Source: Eledone cirrhosa (taxonomy: Eukaryota). From it: a DNA stretch of 64,000 bases. How positions within the stretch are numbered: the stretch's first letter is position 1; the number at the start of each line of letters is the position of its first letter. Made by a program: the position numbers and the translations under genes. Below the pieces are notes generated by a model. It was not told the origin of the DNA. It worked only from the letters and a program-made list of their open reading frames with translations, and searched no databases. Positions 49,753 through 64,000 of the stretch are shown here, one piece after another. The stretch spans positions 85,622,001 to 85,686,000 of the forward strand of contig OZ024747.1 of assembly GCA_964016885.1 (NCBI GenBank). The letters run 5' to 3'.

Positions 49753-52700
49753 CATATATACACAATATACTCACACACACATATACACCATATAGACACA
49801 CATAATATACTCACACACACATATACACCATATAGACACACATAATATACTCACACACACATACACACCATATAGACACACATAATATACTCACACACAC
49901 ATACACACCATATAGACACACATAATATACTCACACACACATACACACCATATAGACACACATAATATACTCACACACACATATACACCATATAGACACA
50001 CATAATATACTCACACACACATATACACCATATAGACACACATAATATACTCACACACACATACACACCATATAGACACACATAATATACTCACACACAC
50101 ATACACACCATATAGACACACATAATATACTCACACACACATATACACCATATAGACACACATAATATACTCACACACACATACACACCATATAGACACA
50201 CATAATATACTCACACACACATATACACCATATAGACACACATAATATACTCACACACACATATACACCATATAGACACACATAATATACTCACACACAC
50301 ATACACACCATATAGACACACATAATATACTCACACACACATATACACCATATAGACACACATAATATACTCACACACACATATACACCATATAGACACA
50401 CATAATATACTCACACACACATACACACCATATAGACACACACATAATATACTCACACACACATATACACCATATAGACACACACATAATATACTCACAC
50501 ACACATATACACCATATAGACACACATAATATACTCACACACACATATACACCATATAGACACACATAATATACTCACACACACATATACACCATATAGA
50601 CACACATAATATACTCACACACACATATACACCATATAGACACACATAATATACTCACACACACATACACACCATATAGACACACATAATATACTCACAC
50701 ACACATATACACCATATAGACACACATAATATACTCACACACACATATACACCATATAAACACACATAATATACTCACACACACATATACATCATATAAA
50801 CACACATAATATACTCACACACACATATACACCATATAAACACACATAATATACTCACACACACATACACACCATATAAACACACATAATATACTCACAC
50901 ACACATATACACCATATAGACACACACATAATATACTCACACACACATATACACCATATAGACACACATAATATACTCACACACACATATACACCATATA
51001 AACACACATAATATACTCACACACACATATACACCATATAAACACACATAATATACTCACACACACATACACACCATATAAACACACATAATATACTCGC
51101 ATATGCACATATACACCATATAGACACACACATAATATACTCACACACACATATACACCATATAAACACACATAATATACTCACACACACATACACACCA
51201 TATAAACACACATAATATACTCACACACACATATACACCATATAGACACACATAATATACTCACACACACACATATACACCATATAGACACACACATAAT
51301 ATACTCACACACACATATACACCATATAAACACACATAATATACTCACACACACATACACACCATATAAACACACATAATATACTCACACACACATATAC
51401 ACCATATAGACACACACATAATATACTCACACACACATATACACCATATAGACACACACATATACACCATATAGACACACATAATATACTCACACACACA
51501 TATACACCATATAGACACACATAATATACTCACACACACATATACACCATATAGACACACACATAATATACTCACACACACATATACACCATATAGACAC
51601 ATAATATACTCACACACACATATACACCATATAGACACACATAATATACTCACACACACATATACACCATATAGACACACCCATAATATACTCACACAGA
51701 CATATACACCATATAGACACACACATAATATACTCACACACACATATACACCATATAGACACACACATAATATACTCACACACACATATACACCATATAG
51801 ACACATAATATACTCACACACACATATACACCATATAAACACGCATAATATACTCACACACACATATACACCATATAAACACACATAATATACTCACACA
51901 CACATATACACCATATAGACACACATAATATACTCACACACACATATACACCATATAGACACACATAATATACTCACACACACATATACACCATATAGAC
52001 ACATAATATACTCACACACACACATATACACCATATAAACACATAATATACTCACACACACATATACACCATCTATCTATCTAAGGCGGGTAAAATTCCC
52101 GAGATCCATGGACGAGTTCTCTCCAGCGGTCTCTGTCCCTCATTATCGCTGCCATATCCTGCATCTCCAACAGACCAGTGTCTGTCCTTAGGGCATCAAC
52201 ATATGTTAACCTTGGTCTTCCTCTTCTAGTGTGTCCATGTAGGGGCTCCCAAAGGAGCACTGAGTGCAATGTCAACTCTGGATGTCGGTGAGCATGTCCA
52301 GCCAACCTCAATCTCCTCTGTGTCACTTTTGAGCTGACTTTTGGGATGCTCCCATACAGCTCTGAGTTTTTCATCCTCAGTGTATACTGATTAATGTTCA
52401 GAGCCATCCTCAGCATTCTCGTGTCTATATACACCATATAGACACATAATATACTCATATATAATATACTCATATATAATATACACCATCCTCAGCATTC
52501 TCGTGTCTATATACACCATATAGACACATAATATACTCATATATAATATACACCATATATAATATACTCATATATAATATACACCATATATAATATACTC
52601 ATATATAATATACACCATATAGACACATATACACCATATAAACACACATAATATACTCACACACACATATACACCATATAGACACACACATAATATACTC

Positions 52701-53040
52701 ACACATACATATACACCATATAGACACACATAATATAGTCACACACACATATACACCATATAGACACACACATAATATACTCACACACACATATACACCA
52801 TATAAACACACATGATATACTCACACACACATATACACCATATAGACACACATAATATACTCACACACACATATACACCATATAGACACACATAATATAC
52901 TCACACACACATATACACCATATAGACACATAATATACTCACACACATAATATACTCACACACACATATACACCATATAAACACGCATAATATACTCACA
53001 CACACACATATACACCATATAGACACACACATATACTCAC
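49753..53040. repeat. 40-bp minisatellite CACATAATATACTCACACACACATATACACCATATAGACA
   Basis: About 70 tandem units, interrupted by a LINE fragment at 52071-52425. Confidence 0.95.
52071..52425 (-). mobile_element. 5'-truncated RTE-type LINE 3' end with (TAGA)n tail, inserted in a minisatellite
   Basis: RMLRMALNI...RRLRLAGH...RRGRPRLTYVD...DRDRW. Near-identical to 61273-61598. Confidence 0.88.
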
Positions 53041-53144
53041 CACAGAGTGGCATGCACTCTACTTATGCTTGTTCTCCTCCTCCTTCTCCCCTCATTACTC
53101 CAATAACCACAGAACAGATGTCTAGACAAGTTCTATCTTGTTCC

Positions 53145-53150
53145 TCCTGC

Positions 53151-53181
<31 letters not shown>

Positions 53182-55730
53182 CTCATCATCACCATCATCA
53201 CCATCATCAGTACTGTCATCTTAACAACCTGCTTCACCACCACCATCACCACCATCGTCATCATCATCACCACCATCGTCATCATCATCACCACCATCAT
53301 CATCATCACCACCATCATCATCATCATCATCACCACCATCATCATCACCATCATCATCACCATCACCTTCATCATCATCGGTGCTGTCATCTTAACCTGC
53401 ATCATCACCACCACCACCATCACTAGCATCATCATCACCACCACCACCACCACCACCATCATCATCATCACCACCACCACCACCATCACTAGCATCATCA
53501 CCACCACCACCACCACCACCACCATCATCATCATCACCACCACCACCATCACTAGCATCATCATCACTACCACCACCATCACCACCATCATCGTCATCAT
53601 CACCACCATCATCATCACCACCATCATCATCATCACCACCATCATCATCATCATCATCACCACCATCATCATCACCATCATCATCACCATCACCTTCATC
53701 ATCATCGGTGCTGTCATCTTAACCTGCATCACCACCACCACCACCATCACTAGCATCATCATCACCACCACCACCACCACCACCACCACCACCATCATCA
53801 TCACCACCACCACCACCATCACTAGCATCATCATCACTACCACCACCATCACCACCATCATCGTCATCATCATTATCACCACCATCATCATCATCATCAT
53901 CATTGTCACTGTTGACATCACCACCTCCACCAATATCATCATCACTGTTGTCATATACATGTGTGTGTATGTATATGTATGTATATGTATGTGTGTGTAT
54001 GTGTATATATACATGTGTGTGTATGTATGTATGTATTGTGTGTATGTATATGTGTGTATGTGTATATATGTATGTGTGTGCATGTATGTATGTATATGTA
54101 TGTGTATGTATGTGTATATATACATGTGTGTGTATGTATGTATGTATGTATGTATGTATATGTGTGTATGTGTATATGTGTATGTATGTATGTATGTATA
54201 TGTGTATGTGTATGTATATGTGTATATGTATGTATATATGTGTATGTATGTATATATGTGTGTGTGTATGTATGTATATATGTGTATATATATGTGTGTA
54301 TATATGTACATGTGTATGTATGTATATGTGTGTATGTACGTATATGTATGTGTGTATATATGTACATGTGTATGTATGTATATGTGTATGTATGTATATG
54401 TGTATGTATGTATGTATGTGTATATGTGTGTATGTATGTATATGTGTATGCATGTATATGTGTGTATGTATATGTATGTGTGTATGTGTATGTGTGTATG
54501 TGTGTATGTATATGTATGTATATATGTATATGTATGTGTGTATGTGTATGTATGTGTATGTGTGAAGTCATGGGGATGAGTAACATCTCATGTTCTATAC
54601 AGATTTTGTTGTTGTTGTTGTTGTTGCTGATGTCATTATTGATGTTGCTGTCACAGTTATTGTTTGTTGAGGTTGTTCATGATGTTACTACTACTGCTGC
54701 TGCTACTACTACTACTGCTGCTGCTATTGCTGCTACTACTACTACTACTGCTGCTGTTACTACTACTACTGCTGCTGCTATTGCTGCTACTACTACTACT
54801 TCTGCTGCTGTTATAATTATTGCTGTTGTTGATGGTGTCACACCTGTTGTTGATATTGTTGTTATCACTGCTGTTATTCTTATCACTGTTGTTGTTGTTA
54901 TCACTGTTGTTATTGTTGTTGTAGTTATCACTGTTGTTGTTATTGTTGTTGTCATCACTGTTGTTGTTGTTGTTGTTGTTGTTATCACTGTTGTTGTTGT
55001 TATCACTGTTGTTATTGTTGTTGTAGTTATCACTGTTGTTGTTATTGTTGTTGTCATCACTGTTGTTGTTGTTGTTATCACTGTTGTTGTTGTTGTTATC
55101 ACTGTTGTTGTTATTGTTGTTGTTATCACTGTTGTTATTGTTGTTGTTGTAGTTGTTATCACTGTTGTTGTTGTAGTTGTTATCACTGTTGTTATTGTTG
55201 TTGTTGTTGTTGTTATCACTGTTGTTGTTGTAGTTGTTATCACTGTTGTTATTGTTGTTGTTGTCACAGAGTCAGTGTAAATATGAGTATCAGATCAATA
55301 TAGAACCAATAAATCCTTCTTAATTGACTGATTCATCTCCTCCTCCTCATGTTGCACTTACATGGGGGTTGGTGGGGTGTGATGGTGGTGGTGGAGATAA
55401 CGATGGTGGTGGTGGAGATAACGATGGTGGTGGTGGTGATAAGGTGTGATGGTGATGGGGATGATGGGGTGTGATGGCGGTGATGGTTGTGGTGGCAGGA
55501 GTGATGATGATTGTGGTGGGTGATGATGGTGGTGGTGGTGGAGTGTGATGATGTTGTTGGAGGTGACCGTTGTAATATTGATGGTGGTCATAATGGTAGT
55601 TGTGGTGGTGGTGGTGGTGGTGGTGGTGGTGATTGTCGTTGTGACTGTTATAACATTGATGATGACAGCAATGCTGGTGATGGTGAAGCGAATCATTGTC
55701 ATGGTGATAATAATAGCAATGGTGGTCTTG

Positions 55731-55795
<65 letters not shown>
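53145..55795. repeat. Compound microsatellite block: (CAT/CAC)n, (TATG)n, (GTT)n, (GGT)n, (CA)n
   Basis: Simple repeats read directly. Source of the His-, Val- and Thr-rich ORFs. Confidence 0.95.
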
Positions 55796-55887
55796 AAATG
55801 GGCCTAAAAAAGAATTAAAATAATTCAAAATAATTCTTTTGATTATTTTAACTCTTTCGGTCATGGAGCAAATCTTGTTAAGGCGGA

Positions 55888-55928
<41 letters not shown>

Positions 55929-56309
55929 TATACATATGTATATGTGTTTGTGCATATCATTATTATATATATATATATGAGAGAGCATAAAAGATGATGA
56001 TGATGAGTGCTATAATTTGCTTGTAGAATATGGAAAAAACTTGTCAAACAAACGGTTGAGAGGAGTCTTCACTGTATCAAAGATATGACAACCTCCCTAA
56101 GGTTGCTACCACCTTATAATGCACCTGGTACTCCCTGCATGCACCTAGCTGTAGAAAACATGTCAAAATCCCAAATGTGTGTAAGCCATGCTATCTCTGA
56201 GAGGGCAGTAGCTCCAATTAAGCACTGACTTGGTGAATGATGACATGGCCAAACCTTGCCAGCAGGAAAAGCAGCCATTAAATGATGATAATGTGGATAT
56301 GTCTGTGTT

Positions 56310-56355
<46 letters not shown>

Positions 56356-57879
56356 CATGTGCGTGTGTGTGTGTGTGCATGTGCGTGTGTGTGTGTGTGT
56401 TACAAAAAGGAACACAAACAAGAGATAGATATTTTCCCTTCATCAGTTGTCTACTACAGGTCACAGATGTTTCAGCACATTATAGACAATACATCTATAT
56501 GTAGCATGCCGATAACTTATTGTCAACAAGTTATGAGGGAAAGAATAGACGAAAAAGAGGCAATAGCGGAGAGAGAGGAAGAAATAAAATAAAGAAGAAA
56601 ACATATTGATAGCAGGGGGAGACACAGGACAATGGCACATGTAACTAAGTAACCGAGGGGAGAGAGAGGACGAAGTTAAAAAAAGCAGTTGGGTTTAAGC
56701 CCAGGGGCCTTATTAACAGCGTGAGACCAAGAGAACACATCTGTTCTTGGTGAGAACGGTGTAAAGAGAGAAAGAAACAAAGGAAACAGAAGTGGTAAGG
56801 AGGCAGATATTTGTGTGTGTGTGTGCAAAAAGTAAACAGAAACAACAAAGGAAGCAATAGAGTACAATGAAGACATATATTAGTTTAACACTTGATATAG
56901 TAGGAAAAGAATTTTAACGTTTTGGACACTAGTCCTTCATCAGAAGATAGAATGAGAAACAGAATAAGAAATAGAAAGAAAGAAAGTGAGAAGAGGAAGG
57001 AAAACATTTTGGGGGAGAAAAGGAATATGCATGCTCAGTCAGGGGTATGTGTGTGTATTTATATCAGGGTGAAGTAAGAACAGGTAAAAGCAGGTGTACA
57101 GATGTTGCTGAAGTTTTTTTTTTATTACTATATCTCAGTTTATCATTCAGATATAACCCCTCCTCCTCACTGATAGTGACATTTCCTTCCTGTGTTGTGA
57201 TAACAGCGACAACAAGAACAATAAACTAAATAGAAAAAAAACTGAATAACTAAAATACAAGTCAATTTCCTGAGAATGTTCTTAGTGATCCTCTTGTAAA
57301 TACCTTATCTGCCACACCCCCACCTCTGTACCTGTTCTTAATTATTTCGTCTTATGACCCTCCCCCTCAAAAAACAATTTCCTATGAAGGAAGGGTGGTT
57401 GTCCAGTGTATAATGTATTGTAAATAGATGACAATCATAGCTTCCTGTCCACCCCACTTCCCCTTTCTCCTTCTCTCTCTCTCACACACACACTCTTGTT
57501 TCCTCTATCTGTTTCTGTATATATATGTGCGTGTGTGCGTATGAATCATCATCATCACCATTATCATCATTTTATAGACTTTTTCCACACTGTCAAAGGT
57601 TGGATTGGTTTTCATGGTCCAAGACCAGGCTGTTTGGGGAACCACCATTTCTTACATATTTTGGCATGGTTTCTACTTGGTTTCTGGTTGCCCTGCCTAA
57701 TGTCAACCACTTTGCAAAGTATACTGGGGGGCTTTTACTGTGCACTATCTCTACCACTTTACAGGGTGTACTGGGTGCATTTTTTTTCTTTTGTGGCATT
57801 AGTGCTACCATTTTACAGAGTCTATAGGGTGCTTTTATCATGCCACCAGCATAAGAGGCATTGTCATATTTTGACCAAA

Positions 57880-58450
57880 CTAATGAATTTGGTTGAAGTT
57901 TGAGATTGCAGCAAACCCAGGAGTGTGTTTCTGAGGTGGTTGTGAGGATCAGATCTAGCTGGTGCCAGTGCCCTAAATGGGGATGACACCAGGAAACTTT
58001 GTGCTGAGCTTTAGCCTGGAAGTAGGTGTTGGTGACACATAGTCCATGGAGTATACAGAGTTCAAGCAGACGTCCATTGTCATTCATGTTGTCCACCAGC
58101 ACAAGAGCATGATGATGACTTCACATTCATTTCAAAGATGTCTGCAAGAGAGATATGAAGTCAATAGATCTAGGTGTCCAGAGATGGGGAGAGGTCACTA
58201 ATGATTACCCACACTAGAGACAGGTATTACACAAGGGGAAGAGAAACTGAAATCTGCCAATGAGGAAAAGCGCGCTCAAAGGAAGGACAAGACAGTAACA
58301 CTGGAGGGGAGCGTCCTCAAATGTAGTCGTTGCACACAAGACAGCCACACCTGTGTGGGCCTGTACAACCATAGCAGACACTGCATCACCATTAGCACAA
58401 AATTCTCCAGGCACAGATCCATGGTCTTTCGCGACCGACAGATGCCATGA
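57880..58450. mobile_element. RTE-BovB-like LINE fragments in opposite orientations (APE endonuclease on -, 3' end on +)
   Basis: Minus 57880-58100: NDNGRLLELC..LCVTNTYFQ.K..HKVSW.HP..GHWHQLDLIL. Plus 58130-58450: FKDVCKRDMKS, a C-terminal Cys/His motif and a 3' UTR CCATGGTCTTTCGCGACCGACAGATGCC. Confidence 0.8.
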
Positions 58451-58464
58451 ATGAATATATATAA

Positions 58465-58508
<44 letters not shown>

Positions 58509-58674
58509 CGATGTAAAAATGATGATGATGATGGTGATGAAGACACATATACAAATGAATAAAAAAAATATATATGGGCAAATACAGGAAAACAAAGAAA
58601 CACAGACAGTCTCACCTCATCAGTCAATCACTAGAAATATGTTGTTTTAGTGCTTTATGATCAATACAACTGAC

Positions 58675-58731
<57 letters not shown>

Positions 58732-58914
58732 TACTTACATACATACATATATATATATATTTATATGCACAGGGAAAATGAAAGTTAAATGAAAGTTAAA
58801 TAAATATTGACATACCCTGAAAAAAGACAACCTTAACAGACTACCCAGGAAGCTCCAACCGTTAAGGTTGTCTTTTTTCAGGGTATGTCAATATTTATTT
58901 ATAAAACAAATCTG

Positions 58915-58980
58915 TATTTTATCTGATGAAAGCGCACCATAATTTGCCTTGGTTGCCCTTGAAATATATATAATAAAATA
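58915..58980 (+). ncRNA. Minimal type-I hammerhead ribozyme candidate (same family)
   Basis: Perfect stem I TATTTTAT/ATAAAATA, CTGATGA (58923), imperfect stem II, GAAA (58961), TATATATA stem III/loop, AUA cleavage triplet. Confidence 0.65.
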
Positions 58981-59073
58981 AATATGGTTTTATAAATATA
59001 GTTTCCATTTATTAATATATTGTAATATATATATATTTATATATACACATGGAAAATGAAGGTTAAATGGTGA

Positions 59074-59110
<37 letters not shown>

Positions 59111-61219
59111 TATATCATGGAGTTTTTGAGTGTTTCAAGGAGGACTGGTTGTTGTTTATCAGGCAGGGCAGCCATTATGTATTGTTCATTATCTGACTGA
59201 GAGCAGCTTGATTTCATTAACAATAATTACATTGGTGAAGATGATTTTATAATCTTTTCTTTAAGTGGATATCTCCACTAATCACCATCACCACCACATC
59301 TCCATCACTACCCTGAATGTCATCATCATAACCTTTATTACCATCATCATCATCATCATCATAACCATCATCATCATTGTCATCATCATAACCCCCACCA
59401 TCACCCCCACCACCATCATCATCATTATAATCATCTTAATAATTGTTTTAATGACTGCTCTTCCATACTGGTAACTTTTTGTGGCAGCATTTTACAGTTA
59501 GCTGCCCTTTATGGCACCAACTCTTTTAGTCATTCCTTACATTGCTCTCCATAGTCTTGTTGAGAATATGTCATACGTAGTGATGGTGTCATGATAGAAT
59601 ATACTCCGTACTCTCTGAAAAGTGGTTGGTAAATGAGTGGAGAGAACGTATGGTGGTGGAGGTGGTCAAACTAGATGATATGACAGTTAAATGTGTTAAA
59701 TGTGGCCATTGACACAACATTGTTCCATTGGCAGGATGTAAACCACTGACCCCCAGTTGGCTGTCCTCTTCCCTATTCACTCAAGCCATCTTATGATTCA
59801 TTAACTAATCCAATGAGACAATCTCTTCATCACACATGCACACACATATACACACATATACACACATATACACACATATACACACCATACCTATACATGC
59901 ACATACGATGCTAGTGTGGAAAAAGGACGTTAAATGATGATGATGATGATTTACTCATACATTTACATACACACACACATATGCACATATATACTCATAT
60001 ATACACACATGCACACACATACTCACACATACACACACACACACACACACCATTTCCATATAAGGATGTTATAAGGAAAGATGACGTGACTCATATGTCT
60101 TTCCAGCAAATATATTGGAATATTTTAACTTGTACACAGCATATATTGTATGTGCTTTTGTGTGTATATGTATGCACATATGTGTGTGTATGTGCTTATG
60201 TGTATGTGTAGGTAAGATAGATGGAATGAAATGAATGTAGGGAATGTTTGGTTGTAAATGTGAGAGGTTCACAAGATTTCATTCCATGGCTGTTATTTAA
60301 TGTTTTGATGAAAACTCTGACAAAAGTAAAGAGAGAAAGGGAGTTATATATTTTGTCAAATATTGAATTTCAAAGTATGGAAATTACAAAGTTAACAATA
60401 AGACAAACATGACAATTTGATGAAGCATAATTGTAAACTACAGAATGTTTGTGTAGGTGAATTGTATGAAAGATTGAACAGATAAAGTGTGTTTGTGATA
60501 ACATATGTTAAGCTAGAACTAAGTTTATAATAAGAGTAAAATATTTAGAGAAAGTAAAATATATGACAAGCTATCGTAGTCAAATGGCCTGAGGTAAGCA
60601 ATGGCAGAATTGACTTCAACTAACGCTGCTCCTATCAAAATCAGGGACTAAATGAAAAGATGTTCTCTTTCTGCCCCACATTTTATAGGAGAGAGTGACC
60701 ACATACAGTGTTTGGTCATTTGGCAGGATTTGCACCAAAATGTTGAATATCAATAGGTAGATATGTGTAGGTAACACGGTAAACAGTTCCCAGTTCCACA
60801 CTGTAAATGTGGTTGGTGTTAGGAAGGACATCCAGCCGTAGAAAACCTGCCAGATAGTCCTATATGAGCGAGACACGGTCACCCGACCAGCCTTGCCTCA
60901 AGTGGGACAACTCCCGTCTAACCTATGCTAGCGTGGAAAATGGACGTTAAACGAAGATGATGATGAGATGATGATGATAAGATGAATACATTGTTTTATA
61001 CAATAACAAACTGGTTAATGTAGGATTTTGTTACATGTAAGGTGATTGGCATGAAGAAGGGTATTCAGTTGTATAAAACCAAGCCAGAAACGGATTGTAT
61101 GAGCAATGTGTGGTCAACTGATTTGTCTAGTCTCATAATGTGACAGCTTGTCAAACCCATGCATGCATACAACATAGATGTTAAACAGTGGTAATGATGA
61201 TGATGATAATATACATGTA

Positions 61220-61250
<31 letters not shown>

Positions 61251-61272
61251 GTATGTATGTGTGTATGTATAT

Positions 61273-61598
61273 ATCTATCTATCTAAGGCGGGTAAAATTC
61301 CTGAGATCCATGGACGAGTTCTCTCCAGCGGTCTCTGTCCCTCATTATCGCTGCCAAGTCCTGCGTCTCCAACAGACCAGTGTCTGTCCTTAGGGCATCA
61401 ACATACGTTAACCTTTGTCTTCCTCTTCTAGTGTGTCCATGTAGGGGCTCCCAAAGGAGCACTGAGTGCAATGTCAACTCTGGATGTCGGTGAGCATGTC
61501 CAGCTAACCTCAGTCTCCTCTGTGTCACTTTTGAGCTGACTTTTGGGATGCTCCCATACAGCTCTGAGTTTTTCATCCTCAGTGTATACTGATTAATG
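61273..61598 (-). mobile_element. Second copy of the same RTE-type 3' end
   Basis: Only scattered substitutions relative to the 52071 copy, and the same (TAGA)n tail. Confidence 0.88.
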
Positions 61599-62455
61599 TA
61601 TGTTATGTATGTATGTATGTGTATGTATATATGTGTGTGTGTGTATAGGTAACTGCAATCTGAGATTTATATTTAATCTTTCGGAAGAAGATGAAATTTC
61701 AAACAACATTTGAATGATTCGAAGTCACAGTTCATCTGAAACATTTGTAATTATTTGATGAGAGAAGATTGAGTTTCCTTTGAAACTTTAGCATGTGCAT
61801 GCTCTGCTTATTCTGCTGTTTCTGTTGTTAAATCTTTCTCTACCCTCTATCATCATCATCATCATCATCATCATTTAATGTCCATCTTCCACGCTAGGAT
61901 GGGTTGGATGGGTTTGTTCTACTTAAGGCAAGATTGGTTGAGTGACCGTGTCTTGCTCGTATCTACTATAAAATCTTGTTTATGCTTGGTAAATCCATGA
62001 CAATATATTGCACCTCCAATCTTGGTAGCTTCTTAGAGACTGGCTTGAAGATGTCCTCTCCTTTGGAACACACACTCATTCACACATCATGTAAAAACAT
62101 TTATAGGCACAAATTTAAAGCATAAAAAAGGAGCATCCCTCACACATGCTTTAGTACTGAAGCTACATATCTATTGCTTTTTTCAGTTCAAATTCTACCC
62201 CAGTCTCACACATACACACACACCAAACAATCACCTCAGCCCTCCTCCTTGTCTTCAAACAAAAGAAACATCCATCATCTTTAATTTAACATAACTGTCT
62301 GAAAATCCTGGAAACCAATCCTTGGCATGCCGTGAGTCATTGGTGAGTAGTTGACTGAGTGACTCACATCACTAACCAAGACAGTCAACAGATACATAAA
62401 TCACTGTAACTTCTTAAAAATAAAGAAGTGAAACATCATGCGATCTTTGTATATA

Positions 62456-63402
62456 CAGGGTGACTTTAAACAAATCTGGCCCTCGTGCTTTTTGTGTCAC
62501 TGTGTATTCATTTTGGAATCAATCAACCTTAAATTTTAATACATGGCAGATACATCTGAGAAGATGGCAAGATCACAATGAGAGCTCCAGCACCAGATTT
62601 TCTGCCTGAAACTACTATAAGTGTGGTTCATACAAACAAGTCCAGGAGCAATATCATGCATTTTGGGGAATGGGCAAATCTCTCTTCAAAGCTAATATAC
62701 AAAACTAGCTGAAGAAGTTTGAGACTTATGGGACAGTGGAGAACCATCCTACCCACTCTGGACAACCCAGGAAATGTATACAAGAAGTTATTGACATAGT
62801 CCAAGAGTCTGTTGAACAGAGCCCAAAAAGATTGCTCCATAGAAGCCAATCTTTTAAAAAGTGCCCCTCAAAGAGGATATTAAAAAATACCCCTACATAA
62901 TACAAACCAAACAACAGCTTATTTTAGCTGATAAGACCAAGAGAAAGGGTACAGCTGAAAAAATGCTGAAGAAGATGGAAAACAAGCCAAATTTTCTGAA
63001 TCTGCTGTGGATCTCTGATGAAGCCCACTTTCACTTAGAGGGGAAGATCAACTCTAAGAACAATGTGTTTTGAAGACTCAAAGAAACCCACTTAAGTTGC
63101 TGCGAAACCTCTCAACACGTCTTTATGTACCATCTGGGCTGATATTTCTGAGAGACGGTTGATTGAGCCATTCGTCTTCGAAGAAAATGGTGTCACTGCT
63201 ACAGTGACAAAGGAACCCTATGTGAAGGTCCTGGAAGACTTCAAAAAGGAGCTACAGACCATGGGCCCATCTCTAAGGAATAAGTTTTGGTTCTAACAAG
63301 CCCTCACATCTACAATGAGTCACGAGAATGGATGACAAATAACTTTGGAAACCATGTGATCAGTTTGAAGACTGTCTTTGAGTGGGCCCCACTCAGCCCT
63401 GA
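62456..63402 (+). mobile_element. Tc1/mariner-superfamily (DDxD, maT/rosa-like) transposon remnant
   Basis: TA|CAGGGTG left end. Broken transposase with WISDEAHFHLEGKINSKN, PFVFEENG.T.TVT.E.Y, FWF*Q and EWAPLSP. Right end replaced by a MITE fragment. Confidence 0.88.
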
Positions 63403-64000
63403 AAATGCAAGAGTAAATATAGAGTAATATAAATGCTAAAGGGTTAAACTCAGAACATAAAGAGGTGGGAGAAATACTGCTAAACACTTTTCCAACACCC
63501 TAACAACTCTGCCAATCCACTGCCCTCAAAACACCAACTTGATATGAGAAAGTTAGTTATATTACTGAATCCCTCCGATTTCTAGATTATTTAAAAAATT
63601 ATTTGAAAATCATAGAAAGTGTCTTTCATTAGAAATATGGTAATGAACATGGTAAACAACAAAAGCAGTTATCATGGGTGGTGCTTGGTCTGTTATAAAA
63701 TTGCTGAGTCATCTTATTTTTGTTTTTGTTGTTATTTTTTTTACTACTGAATCCTTAATTTCTTCTATTACTTACTTTTCTTTCTGTTAATTAAAACATT
63801 TTAGCTTTAAAATGTTTAGAATGAGGAAAAAGATGGGTAGATAGGGTGGAGGAAAAAGATGGGTAGATAGGGTGGAGGAAAAAGATGTAGGAACAGGTAA
63901 AATAAAATTTAATAAGTCTCAGGGTACCGCCCAAGATAAGGTAAAGATTCCCCTATTAACAGTTGGAAATCTGTCTCTCTCTCTCCCTGTCTGTCACTCT

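Noticed and set aside
49753-53040. Regular 40-bp array superficially like a CRISPR array
   Set aside because: No unique spacers, no cas genes, eukaryotic context. It is a pure tandem minisatellite.
53052-55807. His-rich, Met/Val-rich and CVCMY ORFs
   Set aside because: Translations of (CAT/CAC)n, (TATG)n and (GTT)n microsatellites.
61961-62100. A|TCTACTATAAAA as a possible Helitron 5' end interrupting a SINE tail
   Set aside because: No matching 3' hairpin/CTRR or resumed SINE sequence was found.

Overview
AT-rich, repeat-dense eukaryotic DNA. The SINE families, RTE LINEs and microsatellite density suggest a mollusc, probably an octopus (inference). I reconstructed one complete 7-exon gene by hand on the minus strand (16907->3285). 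All introns are GT-AG with consistent phases, and the 244-aa product is a WBP2 (WW domain-binding protein 2) homologue with a GRAM-like N-terminus and four PPxY motifs. Divergent from it, 19789-20302 (+) looks like the first coding exon of an unidentified membrane protein; I could not find its later exons. The rest is repeats: two tRNA-derived SINE families, RTE LINE fragments, a Helitron helicase remnant with its 3' hairpin, a Tc1/mariner remnant, a hAT MITE with an 8-bp TSD, piggyBac-like TTAA MITEs, three large minisatellites and a 200-N gap. The most unusual signal is a set of short elements, mostly inserted in (TA)n tracts. Each has a near-perfect fold-back palindrome plus a whole or half minimal type-I hammerhead ribozyme and a family-specific tail. 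They best fit 5'-inverted Penelope-like (PLE) termini or retrozyme-like elements from several families. Two of them (35935-35995 and 58915-58980) keep an intact-looking catalytic core. Most long ORFs in the supplied track are repeat artefacts.
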